Assembly (NCBI RefSeq): GCF_002105155.1
Contig: NW_019029081.1
Span: 1 to 35,870, forward strand
DNA length: 35,870 nt
Source of the DNA: Lobosporangium transversale
Lineage: Eukaryota
Reading direction: 5' to 3'
The notes beneath the pieces were generated by a model. That model was not told the DNA's origin, ran no database searches, and saw only the letters and a program-made list of their open reading frames with translations. This document shows, one piece after another, positions 1 to 10,911 of the stretch (position 1 is its first letter; every line of letters begins with the position of its first letter). Position numbers and translations under genes: made by a program.

Positions 1-1712
1 CGAATGCTCGCAGCCCTTCAGTTTCTTCTGCACAAGGGTTGGGTATCCAAGGAATGGATGCTAATGGACGCATGAGATCGCCTGCCCATGGATCTGGATA
101 TTCGGATTCAAACAGAATGGACTATCCCCGTGAGGAGCAAGAGTGGGACCGAGGTTATGATGAGCACAACTATCGAGGCTCATCCGGTTCAACAGCATCG
201 TCTACGAACGCGGACAGAGTTTATCAACGCGAGAGATCCAACACAGTTTTATCAGAACGATCGGAGCGCTCTGTCCGTTCAGCCCGTTCGGAGCGTTCAG
301 AACGCTCTGGCCATGGATCTCGCTATGAAGACGAACGAGAGCGCGACCGCGATGTCCGTGGTATGTCCACTTCATCACGAACCGGGCGCCAGGATCCATC
401 TTCCGCTTACAAGACTCCTTCACCCCCTATTTCCCCAGAAGATGCTCACTCAGTCGATGCCTTATCAGGACCTCGGCAACCTTACAGACCCCCTACTCCA
501 CCAGATGTCTCTGCTCCTGTTCCATCCAGAGGTAGGTTTTTTTTTTTTTCAGTTTCGATTCTTCTGAGCTTAAATATCAAGCTATTGGATAAATTCTTAC
601 ACTTTTTTATTATTATTTACTCAGGGCGTGCACCACCTACACGAAAGCCAAGTGGAGATCAGTTCGATGCCCTGATGGACGATTTAATGCAGGAAATCAA
701 TGTGATGCCATCTGGTCGTGACGTGAGCCGACCTGGATCCTCACACCGATCTCGATCCCGTCCCAATCTGCCAGAGGGAGGCCGAAGCAGGGATCTAGGT
801 GCTGGATCTCCACCACCGACTCCCAAGATTAATGGCGGCGTGGACAGCCGTAGCCAGCGTTCCGGACGGGAGCGTAGTGACCGAGATCGCGAACGTTCAG
901 ATCGTAGAGACCGTGAACGTGAACGAGAGCGAGAACGAGGAGTGATGACGGGAGAGGAGCGTGAGCGTGCACGTGACAGAGAGAGATCAGCTACCTCTGG
1001 ACGTGCACGTAGCCGTTCGACGAACCGTCGTGGTGCTGTTCCACATTGTGAAGGTTGTAAACATGACATTCAACCTCAGGAGCTTGCAGAGGCGATCAAG
1101 ATGCCTCATGGTGATTATCATCCAGAATGCTTCAAATGTGCACGTTGCCGTCGACCACTCGAGTCTTCACGCCATGGATATGAATACGAAGGTAGACTTC
1201 TCTGTGAAAAGGATTACCAGCGATATCTGGAGAAGGATGCACAGCGCTCAGATCGACCCTCACGAAACCGTGGAGCTGCAGTTTGTGCAGGTTGTGATGC
1301 ACCGATCCAAGGCGAATCACCAGTCTATGCATTGGGTCAAGCATGGCATGAACACCATTTGGCATGCTATCAATGCAAGAAGCCTATTCAACAATCTGTG
1401 GGTCATGTAGAGAAGAATGGACGGGTGTATTGTCCCAAGGATTTTGGAGAGTTATTCTTGCCCAAGTGCCGTGGATGTGGATTGCCAGTAGAGAAGGAAG
1501 CTGTCTGTGCACAGGATGGAAAATTGCAAGGCAAATGGCATGCAGCTTGCTTTGGATGCCAAACTTGTAAGAAGCCTTTCCCAGACAAGAGCTTTTATGT
1601 CTATGGTGATTCACCCTATTGCAGGAGACATTACCATAAACTGAACAACTCTCTCTGCAAGGGGTGCGATGAACCTATCGAAGGGCCTTGTGCTCAGACT
1701 GTAGAGGTAAGC

Positions 1713-1745
<33 letters not shown>

Positions 1746-1992
1746 GGTCTTTCAATTCTCGGGGCATTTACAAAGAGGCACTAATTTTAATTCTTAATAC
1801 ACGATCGATTCATTATTGTAGGGCTGGAGATTCCATCCTGGATGCTTCTGTTGTGTGGAGTGCAAAGTTCCATTGACTGATATTTACTACAACTTTGAGA
1901 ATCAGGCCTATTGCGAGAGAGATATCACAGTCATGCAACGTACTCGTAATGTTCGTGCTGAGCGTCGCAAGACACAATTTGGAAAAATCTAA
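1..1992 (+). CDS. LIM-domain, paxillin-like (Pxl1-type) protein, probably 5' partial. Exons <1..531, 625..1706, 1822..1992
   Basis: Four LIM domains: CEGC..HPECFKCARC..CEKD; CAGC..HEHHLACYQC..CPKD; CRGC..HAACFGCQTC..CRRH; CKGC..HPGCFCCVEC..CERD. The fourth is completed only after splicing GTAAGC(1707)..TAG(1821). N-terminus is R/S/E/D-rich and includes an LD-like motif (FDALMDDL). Stop TAA at 1990-1992. Confidence 0.9.
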
Positions 1993-2735
1993 GATAATGA
2001 CAATGACTAAAAAAAAAAAAAAAAAAAAAAAAAAGAATTTGGACATGGATGAGACGACAGCGAAACATTGAGAAAGAGAGAGAGGGAGAGAGAGATCAAA
2101 GAGACTCTTGTCTATCACTTCCATGATCGAGAAGGAAGCAAAAGTTGGTGAGAACGAAGAAGGATTAAGATTTATTTATTTTTTTTGCTATTTTTTATTT
2201 GTTCCCTTCACATGCATATATTTGTTTTCTTTTTAATGCGTAGTTATCTCGGTATCCTTTTCGTTTATTTTTTTGCTTCCTTTCTTTTTTTTTTTTTTTT
2301 TTTGTTTTTTTTTCTATCAGGTCATTCTCCTGAATCATACCAAAAATGAAGGAAAAGAAAAAAATGAGCCTAGTTCACGCCTATTTTTTGTAATCGCGAA
2401 GCCTAACTTGTAGACAAACGAAAAATAATTAATTTTATATAATAAAATATATATATACATAAAGATAAATAATAATATATAAATGTATTATATATATATA
2501 TATATATATCATATAAATTTGTATATGTATGATAAAGCTTTTGTTTTGCATTTCTTTTTATTATTATGAATATTATAGCCATTCTAAGTTTTTCTTAAAA
2601 AAAATAATCTCTTCGTTAAAGCTGAGAGCAAAAGACATAAGGTCGAGTTGAGGTAAAATAAAAGTACAAAAAAAAAAAAAAAAAAAAAAAATATATAATC
2701 ATCAAAATAAAAAAATCATCAAAAAATAAAAATGC

Positions 2736-2767
<32 letters not shown>

Positions 2768-2806
2768 GAAAAAGACATGATAAAAGGGTGGGATATAAGA
2801 AGGATA

Positions 2807-3081
2807 CTACCTATAAGAAGATGAAGACGAGGATGACTTCTTCATTCCAAGGATTTGTCCATTCTCATCCACAATATAATTGAAAAAGGGATGTCGTAAT
2901 GCCTCTGCTGCTGTGATACGTTCCGCTGGGTCATAAGTTAATAGCCGACTGAGTAGGTCCACAAAGTCAAGTGAGAAATCACTGATCTCTTCACGATTTC
3001 CATTGCTGCCACTTTCGGATGGGATTACATATTCCTGGAATAGGATTTTTTAAAAGAAAAAAGAAACCGGTTTTTAGTAAA

Positions 3082-3117
<36 letters not shown>

Positions 3118-3335
3118 AACTAATAAATACCCAAACAAAATAACAATCCTTACCCGTAATGGCTTCAATGCTTTGACATATTTCCGACTATTTCGCTTAG
3201 TCTCATCATTTGGATAATCGAGCCGTCCATGTACAAAGTATTTCTGAGAGGATTTACTATTGAAATATAAATATAATATAAATAGATGGATAGTGCATTT
3301 CATTAGATAAAGGTTGAAGCCATTTAACGACTAAC

Positions 3336-3366
<31 letters not shown>

Positions 3367-3912
3367 AAAGAAAAAGAAAAAGTAATATATATATATATAT
3401 ATAACTTACTGAGATGCGCGTATGAGTTTGTCCGGAATGGGTCCCAAAACTGCTTGCATCATGGCCAGATGCTCCAAATTGTCGTGTGTCTGAAATAATG
3501 CCTCGCCTGTTAAAAATTCAACCAAGATACAACCAATTGACCAAATATCGCATGGGTAAGACCAACCAAGGCCTATTTTCCACAAACCGATAAGGATAAA
3601 TATTAGTGTTCATTACTTGCATATCGTCAAAAAGGAGTAATATTCACTATCATTTATATTATCTTACCTAGAATGATCTCTGGAGCTCGATAGTGTCGTG
3701 TGCTAACAATAGTTGAATGATGTTCATTTTGAAACGTAGCGCTTCCAAAGTCAATAAGCCGAATCTCTGGATCCAATAGAATCCTCCTTGTTTTCGATGC
3801 AGATTTCTATAGAACAAATAGAAGGAGGAGTACACAAGACATGAAAAAGTACCATTGCATTGTCAATTCAACATGCAATTATCGTATTGAAAGAGTACAA
3901 GTTTACGACTTT

Positions 3913-3944
<32 letters not shown>

Positions 3945-5117
3945 GTGAATTTAAAAAAGACTAGAGTATAAATATACCTTATACGGGGCTTGCCGATACG
4001 CTCCATTTGCAAGAAGAATGTTCTCAGGCTTCAAGTCCGTATGGATCAATCGTAGTCGATGAAGAACTTTAAAAGTAATCAAAAAAAAAAAAAAAAAAAA
4101 ATGCAACATGTGAGTGCTCATTAATGTCTTAATCAGCTGCTTTTGCCCCAATCTCCGCGGAACGAAAAGAAATTTCCATGCTTTGTACAATGTTAAATAC
4201 ATGAATGTGGACAAAAAGAAAGAACCTTTTTGTTATTCCTCATGGTTCTATCTCTACCACTTCAGACTTACATGCGACACTATTGAACAATTGTCGTGCG
4301 AAATGCTGGATTTGATTGGGTGGAAAAGGGCAGAACGCATTGTCTTTAAGCCAGTCATAGATCGACTGACCAAGAAGATCAAACACCATACAAACGTGCC
4401 TTCGATAGTCAAAACATTCGTTCAGATGCAAGCATTGACTTTTTTTTTTTTTTTTATGATAAAAAAAAAAAAAAAAAAAAAAAAGTCAGTAACATTTCAT
4501 TAGTATAGTGTCATTCAAGAAGAAGGAATAAAAAAGAGAGAGAGAGAGAGAGAAAAAGACTATAGTTACAAATACTGTAGAACATAGACTTACTATCGAT
4601 TCTGCGGATCATGTTGCTTAAGCGTATCCAAGACACGAGCCTCAATCTTGCTAGCCTCCCGGTATTTTTGAACAGCCCTAATGATTTTAATCGCACAATG
4701 TTTCCCAGTCTCACGATCAAAACATTCGACAACCTTTCCAAACGTTCCTTGTCCCAAGAGACGAATGATTTTGTCTGATGTAACATTGTTTTTTTTTTTT
4801 TTTTTTTTTTTTTTAAGAAAAAAAAAAATAAAAAAGTAAATACTTCTGGGATATCTCTCCATATATTTTTGTCCGCATAGAAAGTAAGCGAGTTAAGGAA
4901 TGTAGGGAAAACAAACGCGATATTATATAAAGATTCAACTTACATCGAGGAGTCAAATCTTCATTAGGAACAACAATGTAATGGCCTTCTTTATCATCCC
5001 AAGGAGTAGATGTTGCTGGAGGCTATAGTAAAATAATAATAATAACAATAAAAAGCCATAAGTCAAGGTCAGAATCAATGTCAATAGAAAGCTTCTTTAC
5101 ACGTTAAAAACAGCTAC

Positions 5118-5157
<40 letters not shown>

Positions 5158-6260
5158 TTTTGGCTTTTGGCTTTTGGCTTTTTATAAAAACTTACATCTC
5201 GACTAGATGCGGGCGGAACTTTAGCCGCAACAGGCTCATGCTGTTGATGATAATAACCTCCGCCTCCACTAGAATATCCATGGCCATTCTGTGAAGTGGA
5301 CGACTGATGTGAAGGGGGTGCAATATATTTGACAGCCGAGTTTGATTTTCTCCTTTTTCTGGGCGGCGGTATCGTATCCGGCGCTGTCAACTCTGAAGAA
5401 TCTCCATAGTCATGTGGATACCTAGAACTGGAATATTGGTAAGGGCGGCTGTAGTGATCATAATGATGATGTGATTGATGGTAGCGCTGGGGTGATGATG
5501 GGGGTGGATAATGATATGCTGACGAATAAGACGACGAACCCGAGTAGTATGGATCATGATCACCAGAAAGTGAGAGATAAAGAGGTTGCTGGTGTTGTTG
5601 CGAAGGTTGATAGTGCTGATATGATGGATGAGGATATGATCCATTGGATCCAAGGGGAACCAGTTCTGCGGAAGGTGGTCTCTTGTTAAGCCGTCTTGAT
5701 GTCCTACTTGAAGGCTCTAGTAGCATGCTGGGCGCCACCGCTGTTAGAATAGAGGGATGATGATAGTGGCCATCATGACTCCCCTCAAAACCGGTTTGGT
5801 GATTTGAGGAATGGTTGTGATCTGAGCTGGTATGACTGACATGGTGTGGTAAGGATGATGATGGTGGCGGCATCGCATAGGATCGTGGCGAAGCCCTCAA
5901 CGGATAAGAGGTCGAAGAATCATGCTGCTGATGAGACGCTTGCGGAGGAAGAGGGGGATGATGGTTGTCCCGATGATAGCTGCTCCGAGTGCTGCCACCG
6001 CCACCACCACCGTAACCATTGCTGCTGCTGTTGCTATTACTGCTACTGCCACTCCCAGGAACTTGTTGATGACGCTGGTAGTGCGAGTATGAAGCTGAGG
6101 AAGAAGACGGAGGTGGTGGAGTATCATCTTCGATTACAATGACTTCCTGGGGAGGCCCGTTCTTATAGAATTCCGCCCAATTGGTTTGTCGTTTCCCGCC
6201 ACTTCTACTGCAGCCTCTTTCTCGTACTGAACGTGGCGCCCGTGTGGTCGTCAGGCTCAT
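2807..6260 (-). CDS. lkh1: LAMMER/CLK dual-specificity kinase (Kns1/Lkh1 family), 737 aa. Exons 6260..5196, 5022..4944, 4774..4594, 4438..4272, 4066..3978, 3806..3668, 3572..3410, 3256..3154, 3034..2807
   Basis: GT-AG splicing gives a 2214-nt open frame with [41 protein letters not shown] and [11 protein letters not shown] (LAMMER motif variant), after a long His/Ser/Tyr/Pro-rich N-terminus. Confidence 0.95.
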
Positions 6261-7456
6261 TGTACCTCAGTGATCACCTTTCGTCACTTGTGCTGTGCAA
6301 AAGAGGAGGAATGCAAGCTCCTGCTGGGCGTGGAGAGGCGGATACACTCCCCTTTTGCGAATCCAATAATAACAACTCGTTCCTGGAGCTTTCTTTTTTC
6401 TGTGCGACTGAACTCTTTTTTTTTTTTTTTTTTTTTTTTTGCTTTTTTTTTTTTTTTCCTCCTTCACCGGTTTCTGCTCTTTTCTGTCTTCCTGAAAGAT
6501 CCTAAATGAAGTTGCTGATGGAGATGAATTGGATCCTGGAATGGATAAATGATGGTTAAAAATTGGCAGGAAAAAATATATGAAATGAAAAAAAGGCCAA
6601 TCGATAATAATAATAATAAATAAACAGTGGGCTGTAAAAATGGTCAATAAAAAAAATAAAAAAAACAAAAGAAAGTGTTCACATGGCAAACAACACAAGA
6701 TGAGCTTTTTTTTTTAAAAAAGAAAAAAAAGAAATAAGGAAAAAAAGAAAGAAGGTGGTTTTCTGTGGGAGCAGCTGAGAGAGAGGAGACAATTCAATGT
6801 TGTTTATAGTTGATGTTTAGTCATTGGTCCAAATGACAAAAACTTTTGGTTTGTTGTAGTAGCTGCATAATTTTTTTTTTTTTTTGTCTCTTTGGTTTGC
6901 TTTAACACACCTACGCAAGGAAAAAACAAAGACTGGGCAGAGTAAATTGCGTCTGCTTCTCTTTGTCCCTTATTTTTATTTTCTTTTTCTTTTCTTTCAC
7001 TCTCCTCTCTTCCCGGCTATTTTTTTTTTTTTTTTAGCTTGGAAAGGATGGACGAATGGATGGAGGTTAATGAGGGATTGGTGACTTCTAAAAGAACCGA
7101 TCGATCACATCCTTTGTGCCTCTTTGTATTGTGTGTCTCAAAAACGGAAATTCGAGGGCATTCTCTATACGGATTTTTAGAGTGTTTACGTAGTATCACG
7201 AATACGTATGCTACCCTTAGAATATGGTATGCATTACGTATCATAAAGGAAACGTGATTTAGAATGACAAAATTCATACCCCAACCTTAAAAGCGTAGAA
7301 GCTAAGGAACACATTTCACGAGATGTGCAGCATTCTTCAAATTGTCCTTGTTCCCTCTCAATTAGCTCACCTTTAATCCTCTTTACCCCCTTCCATCCTT
7401 ATTTCTCTACATCGTCTGTCATCTCTGAATTCTTTACTATAAAAAAAAGAAAAAAG

Positions 7457-7487
<31 letters not shown>

Positions 7488-7517
7488 GCATTTACACATT
7501 ACATAGACAAAACTCTG

Positions 7518-8755
7518 ATGTTTGCAAGACTTGCCAAGCGGGCTGCACAACCCGTGTCTGCCCTGAGGGGTACCAAGAACTGCAATAACAACATCTTGCG
7601 CAATCCTTCCCTTGGTTTAAATGCCATCCGTCATCAGTCCTCCTCATCCTCCAGTCGAGATAATGACAACAGCAACAATTCGGAAGTGGAACCCATCAGT
7701 CCAAATGAGAAACCAGTCAATGCCTCGTTTGAGTTACAACAAGTCGATCTTGCTCATGGCTCATTCTTTGCATTGCATCGCCCTCTGCTGGGTATTACCA
7801 ACGGTCCCATGTTTGCCAGCAACAACGGCCTGTTTAACGATGATGACCCTGAAGGCAAGTTCTCCTCTCTTCCTCTTCCTTCCCCTTCTCCTTGTTTAGA
7901 GGGAGCGACGTTAATTTTTATTTTCTGGGCCTCCCGCCCAATTGAAAAGGACACTCTTGATTATCTCTTTCCCTATTCATTCCTATCCACTGGCTCTATT
8001 TTCTATCCTAAGCTCGTGATCATATCTAATAGGCTCATGGTCATGATGCAAGGAAATGCAGTTCAAGTTATACGACTATCCATTGCCATAATAGTTATTC
8101 TTACCCTTTTGGATACTTTTGCTAATATTGCTCTTTTTTTTTTCCCTGTTCAATAGATGCAGTTGTTGAGGACTTGACCAATTATTTTTCTACACTGCAT
8201 CCATTTTCAATTGGATCATCATCACTATCACTACCCTCGCTTTCATCACCCGTGACCGCTACAGCAACTGCCTGGGCAAGTTTGCCTCCGACTCTAACGG
8301 ATGCAGATCAAGCTGCAGATGAGTTTTTGAGGATGATGCAGGACAAACATGACAGGATGAGTTACTTTGAACAATTGGAATTGGCTCAGAAAGCAGAAGC
8401 TGAGGAAGCAGCAGCCCGTCTTTTTAGGCGCATGAACACTCCATCTTCTAAAAACAAAACACAAAAGACAGACCAGCACCGCCACCAGCACCAATCTATG
8501 ACAGCGAATGAACAGAAAGAGTCTGAAACAAAGAAGGCACCATCAAAAATTCAAATCTTTTGTTATGATGATAACTATTCAATAAGATCAGTGGCCACAG
8601 TAGAAGCGGAAGCCATTCTGGATCCACTTTTGAATAACGAAAATGGAATGTACTTGACGAGTGTACTTCGTAAAAGACGTATCAAGATGCGGAAACACAA
8701 ATATAAGAAGTTGCGCAAGAGAACTCGAGCCTTGCGTAAGAAGCTTGGCAAGTAA
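7518..8755 (+). CDS. COX24: Mitochondrial ribosomal protein mS38 / Cox24-like (DUF1713-type C-terminus), 311 aa. Exons 7518..7854, 8157..8755
   Basis: N-terminal presequence-like MFARLAKRAAQ...IRHQSS, an SFFALHRPL motif, and the basic C-terminus TSVLRKRRIKMRKHKYKKLRKRTR typical of mS38. The two ORFs join in frame through GCAAGT(7855)..branch GCTAAT..TAG(8156). Confidence 0.85.
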
Positions 8756-9208
8756 GGAGGAGGGAAAAAGAAAAAATTGACAAAAAAAGAAAGAGGCAGA
8801 AAAAAAAAAAAAAAAAAAAAAAAAGTACAGCTTATATCTATTATCATTTAAGCCTGAGCGTTGGGCATGAAAGCACAAAAAAAAAAAAAAAAAAAGAAAA
8901 ACATTCTTCTTGTCCAAAGACCCAAAGGCTAAAGAATGTAATGTGTATAATCGCTGATCACGTCGCAACGGCTCGTGGCTGTGCTCTGCCCGTGCGAATA
9001 GCGGTGTGCAATCAAAGCGTATAAAATGCTCTATACATTTTTTTTACATTTTTACATTTTTAAACAATATGTTCTATACTTTATTTATTAACTTTTATTT
9101 TATTATTTTGCAATCGAATCATTTCAAAGGAACCTGTACAAATGACAAAAGGGACCTCCAAAGGACCAAAGTAAAATAAATAAAAAAAAAGTCACAAACA
9201 GCTGTTCA

Positions 9209-9215
9209 TATAAAA
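9209..9215 (+). promoter_or_regulatory. Candidate TATA box of the secreted lectin-like gene
   Basis: TATAAAA about 190 bp upstream of ATG 9406; a second TATAAAA lies near 9020. Motif only. Confidence 0.3.
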
Positions 9216-9265
9216 GTCGTCTCTGTTTCATTCCCAACCTTTTCTTTCTTTTTTGACCCTGCAAC

Positions 9266-9301
<36 letters not shown>

Positions 9302-9405
9302 CTTTCTTCATATTCTCCTATCAATTCTTCCTAGCTTTTTTTTTTGTTGTTGTTGTTGTTATTATTGTTGTTGTTATTGTTATTGCTATTTTTTATTCAA
9401 ACACA

Positions 9406-10095
9406 ATGAAGTTCTCGTTTGCTACTTCCGTCGTCTCTGTCTTGGTTTTGGTCTTGACTGTTTCCTCGTCAACTCCCGTGCAAGGTGGCAACGTCTTTTC
9501 TCATATTGTTTCCTCTCCAAATCATAATAATCACAATACTAATAACAACAACAATAACAATAACAATAACAACAATAACAATCATAACAACCACTACAAC
9601 CATAATGTATTACATCCACAAACGCATTCTCCCTCACAACCTAATCAAACTAGTCATCTTGAATGGAACTCTCAAATAGGAGGCCGTCTCTCCCGTCAAG
9701 GTGGTGAACGAGGCCAATTTCAGCCCTATACCAATTTCGCATTACAAGACAGTTCTTCGCACCAACAGCAACAGCAACACTACGGAACAACGGACGAAAA
9801 GGGCTGTTCCTCTTCTTCTGGTTCTACACTCAATCCGATCCCTTGTCCAAAGAGAAATTTAGTCTATTTGCCCGATATGCAATCCTTTTTGATTCAATCT
9901 CCTCTAACTTATCAAGAAGCTGTTCAGGTCTGTATCGCCTGTGGATCCGAATTGGTCTTGATCGATGGTACCAACGTCGACCGATTCCGTGAAGCTTTTA
10001 GTTCCTTGGGAGGATTATATGGAGATCAGCGTTTCTGGATCAAGAGGTATACAGATATATATATATATATTCTTTCCCTTTCTTCTGGATCTTTC

Positions 10096-10128
<33 letters not shown>

Positions 10129-10478
10129 ACATTTTTTTTTTCTAAATTACTTTTTCATGATTTGATAGCTGGTTTGGTGAATTAGTTCATCAAGGCTCTT
10201 GTCCCGCAACATTGATTAATCCACTCATGGGTAATCGTCTCGAACGTAAGTCCATAATATCGTCATGGAACAAAGAAAAAAAAGAAAAAAAGAAAAAGAA
10301 AAAGAAAAGCGACTCCTCATCTGACGCTGACGACGATGCATAATGCATAAATACAAAAAAATAAAGAAAACTTCCTCCTCCCCCTCAGATCTACATCTAA
10401 TTTTTATCCAATGTCTTCTTCTAATATTTAGCTGTTGAGGAGGATTGTCAAGCTCGACTTTATGCACTATGCTACTAA
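9406..10478 (+). CDS. Secreted protein with poly-Asn linker and a C-terminal C-type-lectin-like domain, 254 aa. Exons 9406..10046, 10169..10245, 10432..10478
   Basis: Signal-peptide-like MKFSFATSVVSVLVLVLTVSS. Spliced C-terminus LTYQEAVQVC..GSELVLI...FWIKSW...GSCPATL...EEDCQARLYALCY* matches the CTLD pattern. Both introns are GT-AG and phase-consistent. Confidence 0.7.
9525..9607 (+). repeat. (AAC/AAT)n trinucleotide tract encoding poly-Asn/His
   Basis: Directly visible; encodes NNHNTNNNNNNNNNNNNNNHNNHYNHN. Confidence 0.85.
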
Positions 10479-10594
10479 GAAGTGCAATTTCTTTTCTCCT
10501 CCTTGTCCTCTCCCCTACAAAACAATAAACCTCCTTGCCAGTTCCACATTGTAAACATTGTCTTTCTCCAAGCAAAGTAGTAAACGAACGATAC

Positions 10595-10625
<31 letters not shown>

Positions 10626-10911
10626 ATCCTCAAAAAATAAAACAAAAAAAGAGATCTCATGTGACTATGAATACATCAAGCATATTAAAAAAAGACAAAA
10701 AAAAAAAAAAAAAAAAATTAGGAATGCTATTGTACAAGATGGTCATGAAGATATACTGAACAATCAACAAAAACACAGATAAAGTAAAATATATATATAA
10801 AAAAAAATAAAAAATAAAAAAAAAAAAGGCATGCAATGGAGAGGAGAGATACTGGGAGTCATAAAAAAAAAAAAGAAAAAGAAAAAGAAAAAAGAAAAAA
10901 AGAAAAAGTGA

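Noticed and set aside
659..1614. Antisense and alternative-frame ORFs over the LIM gene (and similar ones over the GATA, kinase and HAUS3-like exons)
   Set aside because: Shadow ORFs of repetitive or GC-richer coding sequence.
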